Assembly (NCBI GenBank): GCA_965200875.1
Contig: OZ241456.1
Coordinates: 1,312,001-1,376,000, forward strand
Length of the DNA: 64,000 bases
Direction: 5' to 3'
Source of the DNA: Bdellovibrionales bacterium
GTDB taxonomy: Bacteria > Bdellovibrionota > Bdellovibrionia > Bdellovibrionales > UBA1609
Shown here: piece by piece, positions 18,415 through 28,774 of the stretch
Layout of the letters: the number at the start of each line of letters is the position of its first letter
Position numbering within the stretch: position 1 is the stretch's first letter
Made by a program: the position numbers and the translations under genes
Notes under the pieces: generated by a model
The model's input: only the letters and a program-made list of their open reading frames with translations
The model's database searches: none
Told to the model about the DNA's origin: nothing

Positions 18415-18732
18415 TTAGTGGGTGGTTTTTAAAGAGGCGAGCACTGTGCTATCCACAATATGGAAATAAGTTCTTACCAACAGCTCAAAATTTTGATGAT
18501 CCAAAGAACTGAGATAAGTTTGTTTTTGGTGAAAGGATTTTTTGGATAATAGATCTGTCATCAGTGTTTGAACGCGTTGTAAATTTTCTTTACTGAAAAA
18601 ATCAATCTCTTCAGTGGGTGTTTTTAAAATTTGAGCCACTTTTTTATGATCAAAAAGAAAGTGATACCCTTTTACCGATTGATTGAGCAATAATTCAATT
18701 TCATTTAGTTCATTTTGTTTGATTTCTAACAT
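18415..18732 (-). CDS. Hypothetical protein
   Basis: 105-aa ORF with a GGAGG RBS. Confidence 0.7.
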   Translation of the reverse strand: MLEIKQNELNEIELLLNQSVKGYHFLFDHKKVAQILKTPTEEIDFFSKENLQRVQTLMTDLLSKKSFHQKQTYLSSLDHQNFELLVRTYFHIVDSTVLASLKTTH

Positions 18733-18973
18733 TTTTCCTCCATGAGCTTTTTATCTTTAAATAAAGATAATTCTATTCTATATTTGAGTTTTTGCCAGCC
18801 TTTCTGAATACTATAAAATACTATAAACTTTCTGAATATGTATAAATACAAAAATATTTTTAAAGAACAATCAAGTCCAGAGATGAAAGTATGACACAAG
18901 ACTTCAAGAAAGGTTGAAGATCAGGCAAAAAAACAGGTCTACAATCAATAGAATCGATTATTATCCAGAAATT

Positions 18974-19792
18974 TCAGAGATCAGGCAAAAAAGACAGGTC
19001 TTCAATCAGCTGTTCGACAGGATCTGTAGTGGTAGATGACTTTGTAAAACCCGGAATTTCAAATTCCACTGGAGAATCTTTACAGAAATCCACACCCTTT
19101 TCATAGAAAACCTGATCCATATCATTGTTATAGGAAATGGTTTCAAAAGGATGCAGTTCAAAAAGCAGTCTCTCCTGGTTGTTTTTCTCCAGATAGGTGT
19201 GAGGATTGGCAGGAAAAGGAGGAATCAGAATTTTAATTGTTTTTTCAGGTTTATTGCGTGCGTTAAATACAGAGATGGAAATACCATGCCAGCCATCCAT
19301 GTCTTTTAATATAAAACTGTAATTTTTTGTCAGTTCCGTAATGGATATATCCCCTAAGTATTCCAGAAGATCATGCCCTAAAGTAGTAATAATGGAGGAT
19401 TGTTCACGATTGGAACCTTTTATTTTGGTGATTGTCATACTTGTTGGAGTGGGATTAAAAGCAGTTCTATTGTTAGATATAGTAAAGGAATGCACCTGAA
19501 TATAATTCGTGGGTGGGTATGTAAATTCATCAGGAATATTCCACAAATACAATATGGCTTTATTTTTGTTAAATGTATCTTGCTCCGCATCATAATAGGC
19601 GGTTAAAATACCCTTAAATCCATTTTTGTTAAATTTGTTGCAATAAGCCATTGGAATTTCAGAAGAAAAGGATGAATCTGTATATGTTTCCTCGTCCAGC
19701 TCTGATGACAGGCCGAAATAGTCTGTTGTGCAATTGGGAAAAAACACAAGAAGTGTAGCCAATAAAAAAAAGACTGGTATATTTGTTTTCAT
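18974..19792 (-). CDS. Hypothetical lipoprotein / exported protein
   Basis: Hydrophobic leader ending FPNC. Confidence 0.7.
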   Translation of the reverse strand: MKTNIPVFFLLATLLVFFPNCTTDYFGLSSELDEETYTDSSFSSEIPMAYCNKFNKNGFKGILTAYYDAEQDTFNKNKAILYLWNIPDEFTYPPTNYIQVHSFTISNNRTAFNPTPTSMTITKIKGSNREQSSIITTLGHDLLEYLGDISITELTKNYSFILKDMDGWHGISISVFNARNKPEKTIKILIPPFPANPHTYLEKNNQERLLFELHPFETISYNNDMDQVFYEKGVDFCKDSPVEFEIPGFTKSSTTTDPVEQLIEDLSFLPDL

Positions 19793-19983
19793 AATGTGTA
19801 TCTATTCGGATGAATGACATACTTTTTTTAGAGGATAATTTAAAAAAGCGGACTTTAATCCAGTAAAACCACACTATGTTGGTTCTAAAAGAGTGAAATA
19901 CTGAAATTTATTGTCTGCCGGAGGAGGAGACAACAGCTAAAAATCCGTTTTTACGCAAGCAGGTGTTAAGCTGAAGAGCAACT

Positions 19984-20337
19984 ATGAAAAAGTTTTTCCA
20001 TTTTATAAATGCTTTTTTAAAGAGACCGGTTTGGCTGTTTATTGCCTGTTTCATTCTGGTTTGCGCACATTTGATTTTGGATGGAAGTTTTTTCCGAATG
20101 TTGCATCTTTATAACAGCCAGGAAGTGTTGAAAAATCGTATAAAGGATATACAAATTAAAAATACACTTGTGGAGGAGCGATTGAAAAAATTGGAGTCAG
20201 ATCCGCGTTTTCTGGAGCAGGAAGTTCGGGAGCGGTTCAATTTAGTGGGGGAAAAGGATATTATTTTTATTTTCCCGGATGAAGACAAGAGTCTTTTGGA
20301 TAAACAAGGTTCAATACATGCTATCAAATCAAAATGA
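19984..20337 (+). CDS. ftsB: Septum formation initiator, FtsB/DivIC family
   Basis: TM helix, DGSF, coiled coil, then DPRFLEQEVRERFNLVGEKDIIF. Confidence 0.85.
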   Translation: MKKFFHFINAFLKRPVWLFIACFILVCAHLILDGSFFRMLHLYNSQEVLKNRIKDIQIKNTLVEERLKKLESDPRFLEQEVRERFNLVGEKDIIFIFPDEDKSLLDKQGSIHAIKSK

Positions 20338-22957
20338 CAAAACGCTTTATTTAGTTGATGTAAGCTCTTTGTTTTTCAGAGCTTATTATGCCATATCCAA
20401 TCAGCTGAGTAGTCCCAAGGGACTTCCCACAAATGCTTTATATGGCCTGCTTTCTATGACAGTTAAATTTATCGAAGATAATAAACCAAAGAATATGGTT
20501 TATTGTTTTGATCATGAAAAACCTTCCTTTCGCACAAAAATATACTCTGAGTATAAAGCCAACCGAGGAGAAATCCCGGAAAATTTGAAACTTCAAATAC
20601 CCTACATAAAAAAAATGATCTCCGCACTTGGTATTTGTATGGTGGAACAAGAGGGTTATGAAGCAGATGATCTCATTGGTTCGCTCGCAAAGAGAGCTCA
20701 AAAAGAAAATTTTAAGGTGATTATTATCAGTGGCGACAAAGACTTCGCACAGCTGGTATCCTCTTCTGTATCTCTTTATGATCCTATGAAGGAAGTGCAT
20801 TATGATATATCTGAGGTTCAAAAAAAGTGGGGAATACACCCTAATCAGATGAATGATTATCTGGCTATCGTGGGAGACAGCAGTGATAATATTCCTGGTG
20901 TGTTCGGCATTGGCCATAAAGGGGCACTGGAACTGCTGAAAGAGTATGGAAGTTTAGAGAAAATATATCAGAATTTGGACAACATTCAGAAGAAAATCGC
21001 GGAAAAATTAATAAACTCTGAACACCAAGCTTTTTTATCCAAAAAACTGGCTTGTATCAAAACAGATTTGGATTTAAAAAAAGCCGTTCCTTCTTTTCAG
21101 AAACAGGCTATTCAGACAGAAACACTCAGGGCATTACTGCAGGAATTGGGCTTTAAAAAATATGAAAAAAAGCTTTGCCCTTCCATACCTCCACAAACTG
21201 GTGCTGATTCCGCGCCTTCGCAAAGCAACTCCACTTTGCAAAGGGATTTGAAGTTCATAAAAAAACTGCCTTCCAATTTAAAAACACATATCCTGACATG
21301 GAATGAATTAAAAACACATATAAAGCCTTATAGCAAAGTCTGGTGCTTTTTAAGCCAACCGGGTTTGGAAGAAAAAAATAACTCTTCAAAAGATACAAGG
21401 GAACAATCTGTAAAAAAGCAATATTTTATAGCCTGTAAAAATAAAATAATTAGCTTGGAAAATCATTATTTAGAGAAGGTAGGGGATATGTTTTCCACAA
21501 AAAGGGTGAAATGGTGTGGATATGATTTAAAAACAATATGGAAAGACTTTATCTGCTCTCACCCTATACCACATTGGTGTTCGATGATTTCTGCTTATTT
21601 GATAGAGTCCAGTACACCAGGAGGAATGGAAAGATTGTCTGCTAAATATATAGACACGGAAATGAAAGACACTCTGACACCCGGTGAAGTGTATCAAATT
21701 CATAAAAGATTACAGAAGAAATTGGAAGATAAGCTTGAAGAATTAAATATGACAGATTTGTATCAACGCGTGGAGTTACCTCTTATCTCCGTCCTGTATG
21801 AAATGGAAAATAATGGAATTATGATAAATCCTATTGAGCTTAATCAACAGGCAAATGATGTGAATCAAAAAATTGAAATAATAGAACAGGAAATTTTTAA
21901 TCAGTCGAAACATGAATTTAATGTTTCCAGTCCAAAGCAGGTAGCTGAGGTGTTGTTTATGGAAATGGGTTTAACACCCATTAAAAAAATAAAAACCGGA
22001 TATTCCACGAATATAGAGGTTTTAAATAAACTGAAAGATCAGCATCCGATAGTCCCCTTGATTTTGGAGTATAGAGAACTTTTTAAACTCAAAACCACCT
22101 ATATAGAGGTTCTTCCTCCATTAATCAATATGAAAACAAGCCGAATACATACCCACTTCCAGCAAGCTTCTACCTCAACAGGCCGGATATCCAGTATAAG
22201 TCCCAATTTGCAAAATATTCCCATAAAGACAGAGACAGGCAGAAGAATCAGGAGAGCTTTTATGGCTCCTGACGGAAAAAAAATTATTTCTGCTGACTAT
22301 TCTCAGATTGAATTGAGGATTTTGGCTCACATTACAAAAGACCCGGCTCTTTGTGCCGCTTTTGAAAAAAACCTAGACATTCATAAAGCTACTGCCAGTG
22401 AAATTTACTCTATTCCTATTGATCAGGTGACCTCTGATTTAAGACGCTCCGCCAAGGCAGTGAACTTCGGATTAATATATGGGCAAGGCCCTTATACTCT
22501 CTCTGAATCTCTTGGTATTTCTGTATCTTTGGCCAATGAAATTATTGAAAGTTATTTTACCCGATTTAAAAAAGTAAAGGAATACATGGATTATTCTATT
22601 AAAACAGCACTGAAAAAAGGATATGTGGAAACCTTGTTTGGAAGACGACGAACTATCAAAGCAATTTCTGAAAAGCGTTTTCAAATTCAAAAATGGGGCG
22701 AGCGGGTGGCTATTAATACACCTATACAGGGCACAGCCAGTGATCTTATGAAAATGGCGATGGTTCAGCTAAGGGAGAACTTATTCTCCAAACTTTTACT
22801 TCAGATTCATGATGAGATGCTTTTTGAATGTAAAGACGAATGGTTGGAGGAAGAAACACAACAAATTAAAGATATTATGGAAAATGTAGTAAACTGGGAA
22901 ACACCTTTAAAAGTGAATATCAATATCGGACAAAATTGGGAAATCGTTCATTCCTGA
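20318..22957 (+). CDS. polA: DNA polymerase I (3'-5' exonuclease domain looks degenerate)
   Basis: 5'-3' exonuclease motifs (YKANR, EADD, GDKD, GDSSDNIPGV); Pol A motifs DYSQIELR, AKAVNFGLIYG and QIHDE; ATG 20318 preferred over 20279. Confidence 0.96.
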   Translation: MLSNQNDKTLYLVDVSSLFFRAYYAISNQLSSPKGLPTNALYGLLSMTVKFIEDNKPKNMVYCFDHEKPSFRTKIYSEYKANRGEIPENLKLQIPYIKKMISALGICMVEQEGYEADDLIGSLAKRAQKENFKVIIISGDKDFAQLVSSSVSLYDPMKEVHYDISEVQKKWGIHPNQMNDYLAIVGDSSDNIPGVFGIGHKGALELLKEYGSLEKIYQNLDNIQKKIAEKLINSEHQAFLSKKLACIKTDLDLKKAVPSFQKQAIQTETLRALLQELGFKKYEKKLCPSIPPQTGADSAPSQSNSTLQRDLKFIKKLPSNLKTHILTWNELKTHIKPYSKVWCFLSQPGLEEKNNSSKDTREQSVKKQYFIACKNKIISLENHYLEKVGDMFSTKRVKWCGYDLKTIWKDFICSHPIPHWCSMISAYLIESSTPGGMERLSAKYIDTEMKDTLTPGEVYQIHKRLQKKLEDKLEELNMTDLYQRVELPLISVLYEMENNGIMINPIELNQQANDVNQKIEIIEQEIFNQSKHEFNVSSPKQVAEVLFMEMGLTPIKKIKTGYSTNIEVLNKLKDQHPIVPLILEYRELFKLKTTYIEVLPPLINMKTSRIHTHFQQASTSTGRISSISPNLQNIPIKTETGRRIRRAFMAPDGKKIISADYSQIELRILAHITKDPALCAAFEKNLDIHKATASEIYSIPIDQVTSDLRRSAKAVNFGLIYGQGPYTLSESLGISVSLANEIIESYFTRFKKVKEYMDYSIKTALKKGYVETLFGRRRTIKAISEKRFQIQKWGERVAINTPIQGTASDLMKMAMVQLRENLFSKLLLQIHDEMLFECKDEWLEEETQQIKDIMENVVNWETPLKVNINIGQNWEIVHS

Positions 22958-23066
22958 GCAGGTGAAACGGCTTGGCTATTATAAATATTTTGACAAACAA
23001 GATAAAATAAGACTATCTTTTTCAGAAGAGTATAATATTGTTCCCTAAAGATCAGAGGTATAAGCC

Positions 23067-23714
23067 GTGCGGTTATTTTATCTTATGTTTTTCCCACTTT
23101 TGTTTGTCTCCTGTGTTTCCTTGAAAAAAACCGATGTTTCAAATCAATCACAAAAGAAATCCGGGTCTGCCATTCCTGGTAATGAATTTCAAAGTGGAAT
23201 AGCGGGTTTTAAAGTACAGAAACCGGAAAAATGGCATTTTGTAACAGCTGAGGAATATACTGATAATTTAGAGAAAGTTAAATTGGATGATAAGGTTCTC
23301 CAAGAAAAACTGCGTCAGTATGCCACTTTGCCTTTAGTGGCTATTATGAAATATAAAGAACCGTATGATGATGTTAATCCTTCTTTTAAAGTTAACATAA
23401 GGCCACTTGGACCAATAGATGGTTCTGAACCTGTAAAGATTATTGATTTAATATTGCCTGCACTGAAACAAATGTTTCCAGATTTAAAAGTGAAATCCAA
23501 AAAAAACACTTCTATAGCGGGTTTAAAAGCTGGATACTCTTGGTTTGAATATACAATGAAATTATCAGATGGAAAAATGTTTCCCATTTCTTCTGAGATA
23601 TGGGTTGTTCCCAGAGGTAAGTATTTCTTTTTGTTGGGTTCGGGAACAAAAATTGGCGATGAGTCCGCCAGAAAAGAAATTCAAAACATCATTAAAACAG
23701 TGGAATTTATTTAA
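23067..23714 (+). CDS. Hypothetical lipoprotein (possible PsbP/DcrB-like fold)
   Basis: GTG start with GAGG RBS; lipobox-like FVSC. Confidence 0.7.
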   Translation: MRLFYLMFFPLLFVSCVSLKKTDVSNQSQKKSGSAIPGNEFQSGIAGFKVQKPEKWHFVTAEEYTDNLEKVKLDDKVLQEKLRQYATLPLVAIMKYKEPYDDVNPSFKVNIRPLGPIDGSEPVKIIDLILPALKQMFPDLKVKSKKNTSIAGLKAGYSWFEYTMKLSDGKMFPISSEIWVVPRGKYFFLLGSGTKIGDESARKEIQNIIKTVEFI

Positions 23715-23729
23715 TCGGGTAAAAATATA

Positions 23730-24911
23730 TCAGGGATGGTAGACGCAACGAAATCCGGTCTTGGGTCTGACTCTATCTGTTCGAAAAGAGGTATCTGCCG
23801 AAAAAATTCCGGCGGTTCTTTTATTGTTAAAACCCCCTCTTAACAGTCCTCCATCAAAACGACTTACTTGTATATAACCAAGTCCCCCAAAACTGCGGGT
23901 TCTGTCTCTTTCTATAATAGTATAATCTCTATCCGGTCCAAACAAATCTCTGAGGGAAGCATGCAACCTGGTCCCTATCTGGTACACATATCCAGTGCCA
24001 CGATGTTTTTGATACTGCTCTAAGCTGGTGATCTCATGTTTGACTATTTCAGCAATGTTTCCGGCAAAATCCCATATATATTCTGTATTTGTCAACTTAT
24101 GAGTTCTTTTATTCGGACTCCATTTTTTATCATTAATATCACCGTCACTACTTGTTTCTTTAATGCCTGCAATATTTCCTATATTTAACCGGTTATCAGA
24201 ACCAATACTCAGGTCACCTTTAGACCAATTTACCGGCTCTTGCTCAATATATCTCGCAATCGTTTGCCATTCCTTGTTGTTAATCAAATCATAGCCTTGG
24301 CCGTTTTCCTGGCAAAATTTAATGGCATTTGCTTCCGTGACCCGTTGTATAAGTTTACCATTTGCCAAAGCTTCAGCTTTGATCATTTCATTAGTGTATA
24401 GTTTGGGCAGATTTTTTCCTGACTGCACCTTTGCTTCATATTTCATTGCGCAAAAACTTGTGGAAGTGAATCCACTTAATTCAGGGACACCTATGTAGCC
24501 ATCCGGGCAAACGAAGTAGTTTGTGATACTTTTGCAAAGTAATCCGCGATCTCCTGCTTGGGAAACAGCAATTTGAATTCTCTCTTTTTTATTAACAATA
24601 CCGGTAATATCAGCGGAAATTTCCCATTTTTTCCGGCTACATATCGGGTATTGATCCAACGGATGTCCTGTAACATACACTCTGACTTCTGATTTATCTC
24701 TTTTACAGGTGCCGGATATAGTGTAATCACCAACATTAGAGCTGTCCATAGGGTCCAATTCATCAATGTCTGCGGTTTTTTCTGTACTGGTGTTAGCATT
24801 ACAGGTCGTATGATCAAATTGCACATATTTTTCACCCCGGGAACGGCTTGAGTCTGAACACGACAATAAAAGGAATAAAAAACCAATCAAAAAAAGTAAT
24901 GTTATTTTCAT
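23730..24911 (-). CDS. Lipoprotein with a C-terminal FGE-sulfatase/C-type-lectin-fold domain
   Basis: Lipobox LLSC after ATG 24911; FCAMKYEAK, LINNKEWQTIA, IWDFAGNIAE, LRGG and GFRC. Confidence 0.75.
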   Translation of the reverse strand: MKITLLFLIGFLFLLLSCSDSSRSRGEKYVQFDHTTCNANTSTEKTADIDELDPMDSSNVGDYTISGTCKRDKSEVRVYVTGHPLDQYPICSRKKWEISADITGIVNKKERIQIAVSQAGDRGLLCKSITNYFVCPDGYIGVPELSGFTSTSFCAMKYEAKVQSGKNLPKLYTNEMIKAEALANGKLIQRVTEANAIKFCQENGQGYDLINNKEWQTIARYIEQEPVNWSKGDLSIGSDNRLNIGNIAGIKETSSDGDINDKKWSPNKRTHKLTNTEYIWDFAGNIAEIVKHEITSLEQYQKHRGTGYVYQIGTRLHASLRDLFGPDRDYTIIERDRTRSFGGLGYIQVSRFDGGLLRGGFNNKRTAGIFSADTSFRTDRVRPKTGFRCVYHP

Positions 24912-25145
24912 TAGAATATCCTTACCCAGAGTTACATCATCAGAAAAATTCTTTAAACATTTAAAAAATAACATAAATAATAAAGGGGATTCAAAGATAT
25001 TAAGAATAGAAGAAAAATACTTTACCTTTGTTTATAGACTAAAGGCTGAAAAAACATCTCTCCCAAACTTATCTTCTGTCCACGAAATAAAAATAAAGAT
25101 ATAAAAAATTGTAATTGACAGTGTAACATTATAGAAAAGAAGACT

Positions 25146-25850
25146 ATGAATTTATTATTGTTTGGAGCACCTGGGACAGGTAAAGGCACACAATCTGCTT
25201 TTTTAACTTCCCACTATAAACTCTGTCATATCAGTACCGGTGATCTTTTTCGTAAAGCGTTAAATGAAAAAACTTCATTGGGTTTGAAAGCAGAGTCATA
25301 TATGTGCCAAGGCAAGCTGGTTCCTGATTCTATAGTGATCTCCCTCATAAAAGAAGTTCTTGTGAATCCTAGAAAAAACATAAAAAAAACAGATCAAAAC
25401 ACAGAAAAAAATATATGTTTCGAGACAAAGTTTTTTCGAGGCTTTATTTTGGATGGTTTTCCCAGAACTTTGGCACAAGCTGAATCTTTGGATTCTTTAT
25501 TAAGGGGCTTAAAGCTGAATTTGGATAAGGTTTTGCTTTTGAATGTACCGGAATCTATTTTAATTGAGCGGATTACAGGTCGGCGAGTGGCGAAAAAAAG
25601 TGGCCGAGTTTATCATATAAAATTCAGTCCTCCAAAAAAAGACGCTGTATGTGACACCACTGGAGAACCTCTTATACATAGGAAAGACGATAAAGAAGAG
25701 GTTATAAAAGCGCGACTTAAGACTTATCATAAACAAACATTTCCACTTATAGAATATTATCGCAAAAAAAATATTTTGTGTGAGTTAGATGGTTGTGGTT
25801 CTCCGAAAGAAGTATTCTTGCGCATTCAAAAGAAATTGCCAAAGCAGTAA
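25146..25850 (+). CDS. adk: Adenylate kinase
   Basis: GAPGTGKGTQ, HISTGDLFR, GFILDGFPRT and LID domain; ~20-aa insertion before GFILDG. Confidence 0.96.
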   Translation: MNLLLFGAPGTGKGTQSAFLTSHYKLCHISTGDLFRKALNEKTSLGLKAESYMCQGKLVPDSIVISLIKEVLVNPRKNIKKTDQNTEKNICFETKFFRGFILDGFPRTLAQAESLDSLLRGLKLNLDKVLLLNVPESILIERITGRRVAKKSGRVYHIKFSPPKKDAVCDTTGEPLIHRKDDKEEVIKARLKTYHKQTFPLIEYYRKKNILCELDGCGSPKEVFLRIQKKLPKQ

Positions 25851-25860
25851 TGAAGTAAAT

Positions 25861-26835
25861 TTATTCCACATTTTGAACTTGTTCCCGCAGTTTCTCAATA
25901 AGGCTTTTTGACTGAACGACTTCTTGTGTCAACTTAAAGTTCTGAGATTTGCCACCTATTGTGTTCATCTCTCTTATCATCTCCTGAAGATAAAAAGACA
26001 TTTTTTTTCCTATAGCACTGGAAGAGGCAATAAGAGTGCGAAAAGCTCTTATATGCTCTTCCATACGGCTGATTTCCTCGTTGATATCCATACGATTTAT
26101 CAAAACACCTATTAACTCCTCATCCGTTTTAAAACGAAACCGTGAGGAGTTTACAGTCTCTCCGACCCTCATGGTCTTCTTACCCTTGAAAGGTGGTAAA
26201 ACATTAGAACCGGAATTTTCAAATGGGAGCAATATACCTTCGTTGATCATATCATTTATTTTTTCCTTGAGATTTTTGCGCACCAATTTACTTTGTCTTT
26301 CTGAATGCTGTTTTATCTTTTGAAGAGAAAGCAAAAGATTTTTCGTGTACTTCTGAAAGTCTTTTTTTAAAGCCAGACCCTCACGCACCCTTTCTTTATT
26401 GCAACGATTAATGGCCATCTGCAAAAGAGTTTTTAATTTGTTTTTCTCCACAGTAGAAACAAGCACGGGTTGAGCATGAGTTTCCAAAATTCCCGGCTGT
26501 TGTATGAGATCGCGTAAATTCAGATTGTTTTCCATTTTTAAAGATACCGCCATTCGATGATAAAGTGCTTTCCACTGTACGGCTTGCTCTTTATTCCATT
26601 TTATTTTTGTTTGCTTTACAGGCCATGCCGGATTTCGGGTAATAAACAAATTAATGGACCCTCTATGGAATTTTTTTTGCAGGTCTTTCCTAAACTCCCC
26701 TTCCATTCCCGCGTAGAAAGGAGGTGTTTGTGCACGCACCTCAAAGTATTTGCTGTTATAGGATTGAACAACCACTTCAACATAACAATCTTTTGTTTTC
26801 CAACAGCTTATTCCGTATCCTGTCATACTGTTCAC
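25861..26835 (-). CDS. yicC: YicC/YloC family endoribonuclease
   Basis: SMTGYG, DINEEISR, GKKMSFYLQEMIREMNTIG and REQVQNVE. Confidence 0.92.
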   Translation of the reverse strand: MNSMTGYGISCWKTKDCYVEVVVQSYNSKYFEVRAQTPPFYAGMEGEFRKDLQKKFHRGSINLFITRNPAWPVKQTKIKWNKEQAVQWKALYHRMAVSLKMENNLNLRDLIQQPGILETHAQPVLVSTVEKNKLKTLLQMAINRCNKERVREGLALKKDFQKYTKNLLLSLQKIKQHSERQSKLVRKNLKEKINDMINEGILLPFENSGSNVLPPFKGKKTMRVGETVNSSRFRFKTDEELIGVLINRMDINEEISRMEEHIRAFRTLIASSSAIGKKMSFYLQEMIREMNTIGGKSQNFKLTQEVVQSKSLIEKLREQVQNVE

Positions 26836-26868
26836 TTTTTACCTCCTGAATACATTGCTTTTTCTTTC

Positions 26869-27915
26869 CTAAAACGGATGACCAAAGGACACTATAATAT
26901 TGAATTGGTCCTTATTATATTGATTTTCCCCCGTTCCAAGACCTATGCCAAATTCTGCTCGTATTTTTTTATTGTAATCCGGTGGTAGACCGAAACGAAA
27001 ACCGCCTCCAAAAGAATACCGCGGTGGACGAAATATCTCATCATTAGCTGAACCAAAATCAAAGAATCCCGTAACTGTCAAAAAATTTAAAATAGTGTAT
27101 CTTAATTCTGTTTGTGATAAATAATAATTTTCTCCTCTAAAACGATTTAATCTGTAACCACGCAACATATTTGAGCCTCCCAATGAAAATCGAAACGAAT
27201 AACTGGAAGGGTTAAGAAAAGTCAGCCCGGCCATTCCTCTTACAGCCACCACTAAGTTTTCCATTAAAGAAAAAAACAGCCGAATATCCCCTTCCAACAA
27301 AACAGGGCTGGGCATACGGGATAACAACCAGGATTGCACTTGATAATACTCCCCTTCCGTTGGATTAAAATAATTATTTCTGGAATCATATCTTACCAAA
27401 AAACCACCTGATAAAATTGATTCTTGAGGAAACAACTCAGTTTCACTACTTTTTTCTTTTCTATAATCAAATCGAATAAAAGCCCCTCCATACAAACTTT
27501 CATATATTCTGGATACATACTCCATCCGCACATATACCTTATGTGTAGGAATGTCTTTTTTATTATCTGCATCAGTTTCACTACCCTCCCCATAATAAGG
27601 TTCACTAAAACCATCATATAAAGCTTCAAAATCAAATTGATCGCCGTTTTTTCTCCAATATTTATAAGAAAAAACCGTGGAAAAAAAGAGATCCATGCTG
27701 AAAGCACTTTCCAGTGCAGTGTAATAACCCGTATCACCAACCGGGTATATAAAAAATCGGCCACCAGGAATATGACCATAAGTGGAATTATGAGAATAAG
27801 AAGGAACAATAGCCCACTTTTGATTGTTATCATCTGTTGAAGTAAACCAGGAAGGCCCCCCGGCAAAAGACAACACAGAAAAAAAACACACTAAGTATAA
27901 GAAAAATACTTTCAT
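26869..27915 (-). CDS. Omp85/BamA-TamA-like outer-membrane barrel (no POTRA domains evident)
   Basis: Signal peptide, YDSRNN..NPTEG, LGGSNMLRGY and C-terminal GHPF. Confidence 0.82.
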   Translation of the reverse strand: MKVFFLYLVCFFSVLSFAGGPSWFTSTDDNNQKWAIVPSYSHNSTYGHIPGGRFFIYPVGDTGYYTALESAFSMDLFFSTVFSYKYWRKNGDQFDFEALYDGFSEPYYGEGSETDADNKKDIPTHKVYVRMEYVSRIYESLYGGAFIRFDYRKEKSSETELFPQESILSGGFLVRYDSRNNYFNPTEGEYYQVQSWLLSRMPSPVLLEGDIRLFFSLMENLVVAVRGMAGLTFLNPSSYSFRFSLGGSNMLRGYRLNRFRGENYYLSQTELRYTILNFLTVTGFFDFGSANDEIFRPPRYSFGGGFRFGLPPDYNKKIRAEFGIGLGTGENQYNKDQFNIIVSFGHPF

Positions 27916-28598
27916 TATTGAACTTTTATTAACTGCACTTCAAAAATCAAAACAGAGTCAGGTGGAATACCGGAAGTGCCACCAGAACCATAACCCAGTT
28001 CAGGAGGAATATAAAATTCATACTTCGCCCCCTCCTTCATCAGCTGAAGCCCTTCCGTCCAACCCTTAATCACTCCATTCAGAGGGAAGGTAATGGTTTT
28101 ATTTCTCTTGTAAGAACTGTCAAATTCCGTTCCATCTATGAGGGAACCGCGATAGTGCACTTCCACTGTATCAGTAGCAGAAGGGCTTTTACCCTCACCC
28201 GCTTTTAGAACTTTGTATTGCAAACCAGAAGCGGTTGTTTTTACCCCCGGTTTTTTTTTGTTTTCTTCTAAAAATTTCATGCCCTTCTCCTTTTGTTTTG
28301 GTTTTTCTTTCGGAGCTGTCCTGCCAAGATTACTTTCAAGTTTTTTCATTTCGCTTATATCCATCAACATTTTTCCTTCCAGACCATCACGCACTCCAAC
28401 GAGAAAGATTTTTTTCTGCTCCTCGTTTTTACTGAAAAGCTCTTTTTTTGCGTAGCTACCCAGCTGATAACCAAAAAGATAAGCCATTTTTGACTCCGTG
28501 TCTGTTTTTATCTGTTTCTTAATCTGTTTGTCTTTATAGGAACAAGAGCTGGAAAAAACAACAGCAATCAGAACAACAACATATATAAGAAAATTCAT
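27915..28598 (-). CDS. FKBP-type peptidyl-prolyl isomerase (FkpA/Mip-like lipoprotein)
   Basis: TTASGLQYKV, VHYRGSLIDGTEFDSS, VIKGWTEGL and IPPDSVLIFEV. Confidence 0.95.
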   Translation of the reverse strand: MNFLIYVVVLIAVVFSSSCSYKDKQIKKQIKTDTESKMAYLFGYQLGSYAKKELFSKNEEQKKIFLVGVRDGLEGKMLMDISEMKKLESNLGRTAPKEKPKQKEKGMKFLEENKKKPGVKTTASGLQYKVLKAGEGKSPSATDTVEVHYRGSLIDGTEFDSSYKRNKTITFPLNGVIKGWTEGLQLMKEGAKYEFYIPPELGYGSGGTSGIPPDSVLIFEVQLIKVQ

Positions 28599-28774
28599 AA
28601 CATTCCTCCATTTTTTATAGTGATAATAATGTATTAACAGATGTTTTCCACCCGGATGAATAGTGAATAAGTTAAGTGCGCATAAAAATCAAGCAATCAC
28701 AGCGCGTTAAGAGGTTTTTCAAAAGGAGAATAACGCTTATAACATAAAAACCAATATGGTATAATAATGGAAAT

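Noticed and set aside
23730..24911. Diversity-generating retroelement target (C-type lectin fold ending in GFRC)
   Set aside because: No reverse transcriptase and no template-repeat copy of the 3' end were seen in this window; a remote DGR cannot be excluded
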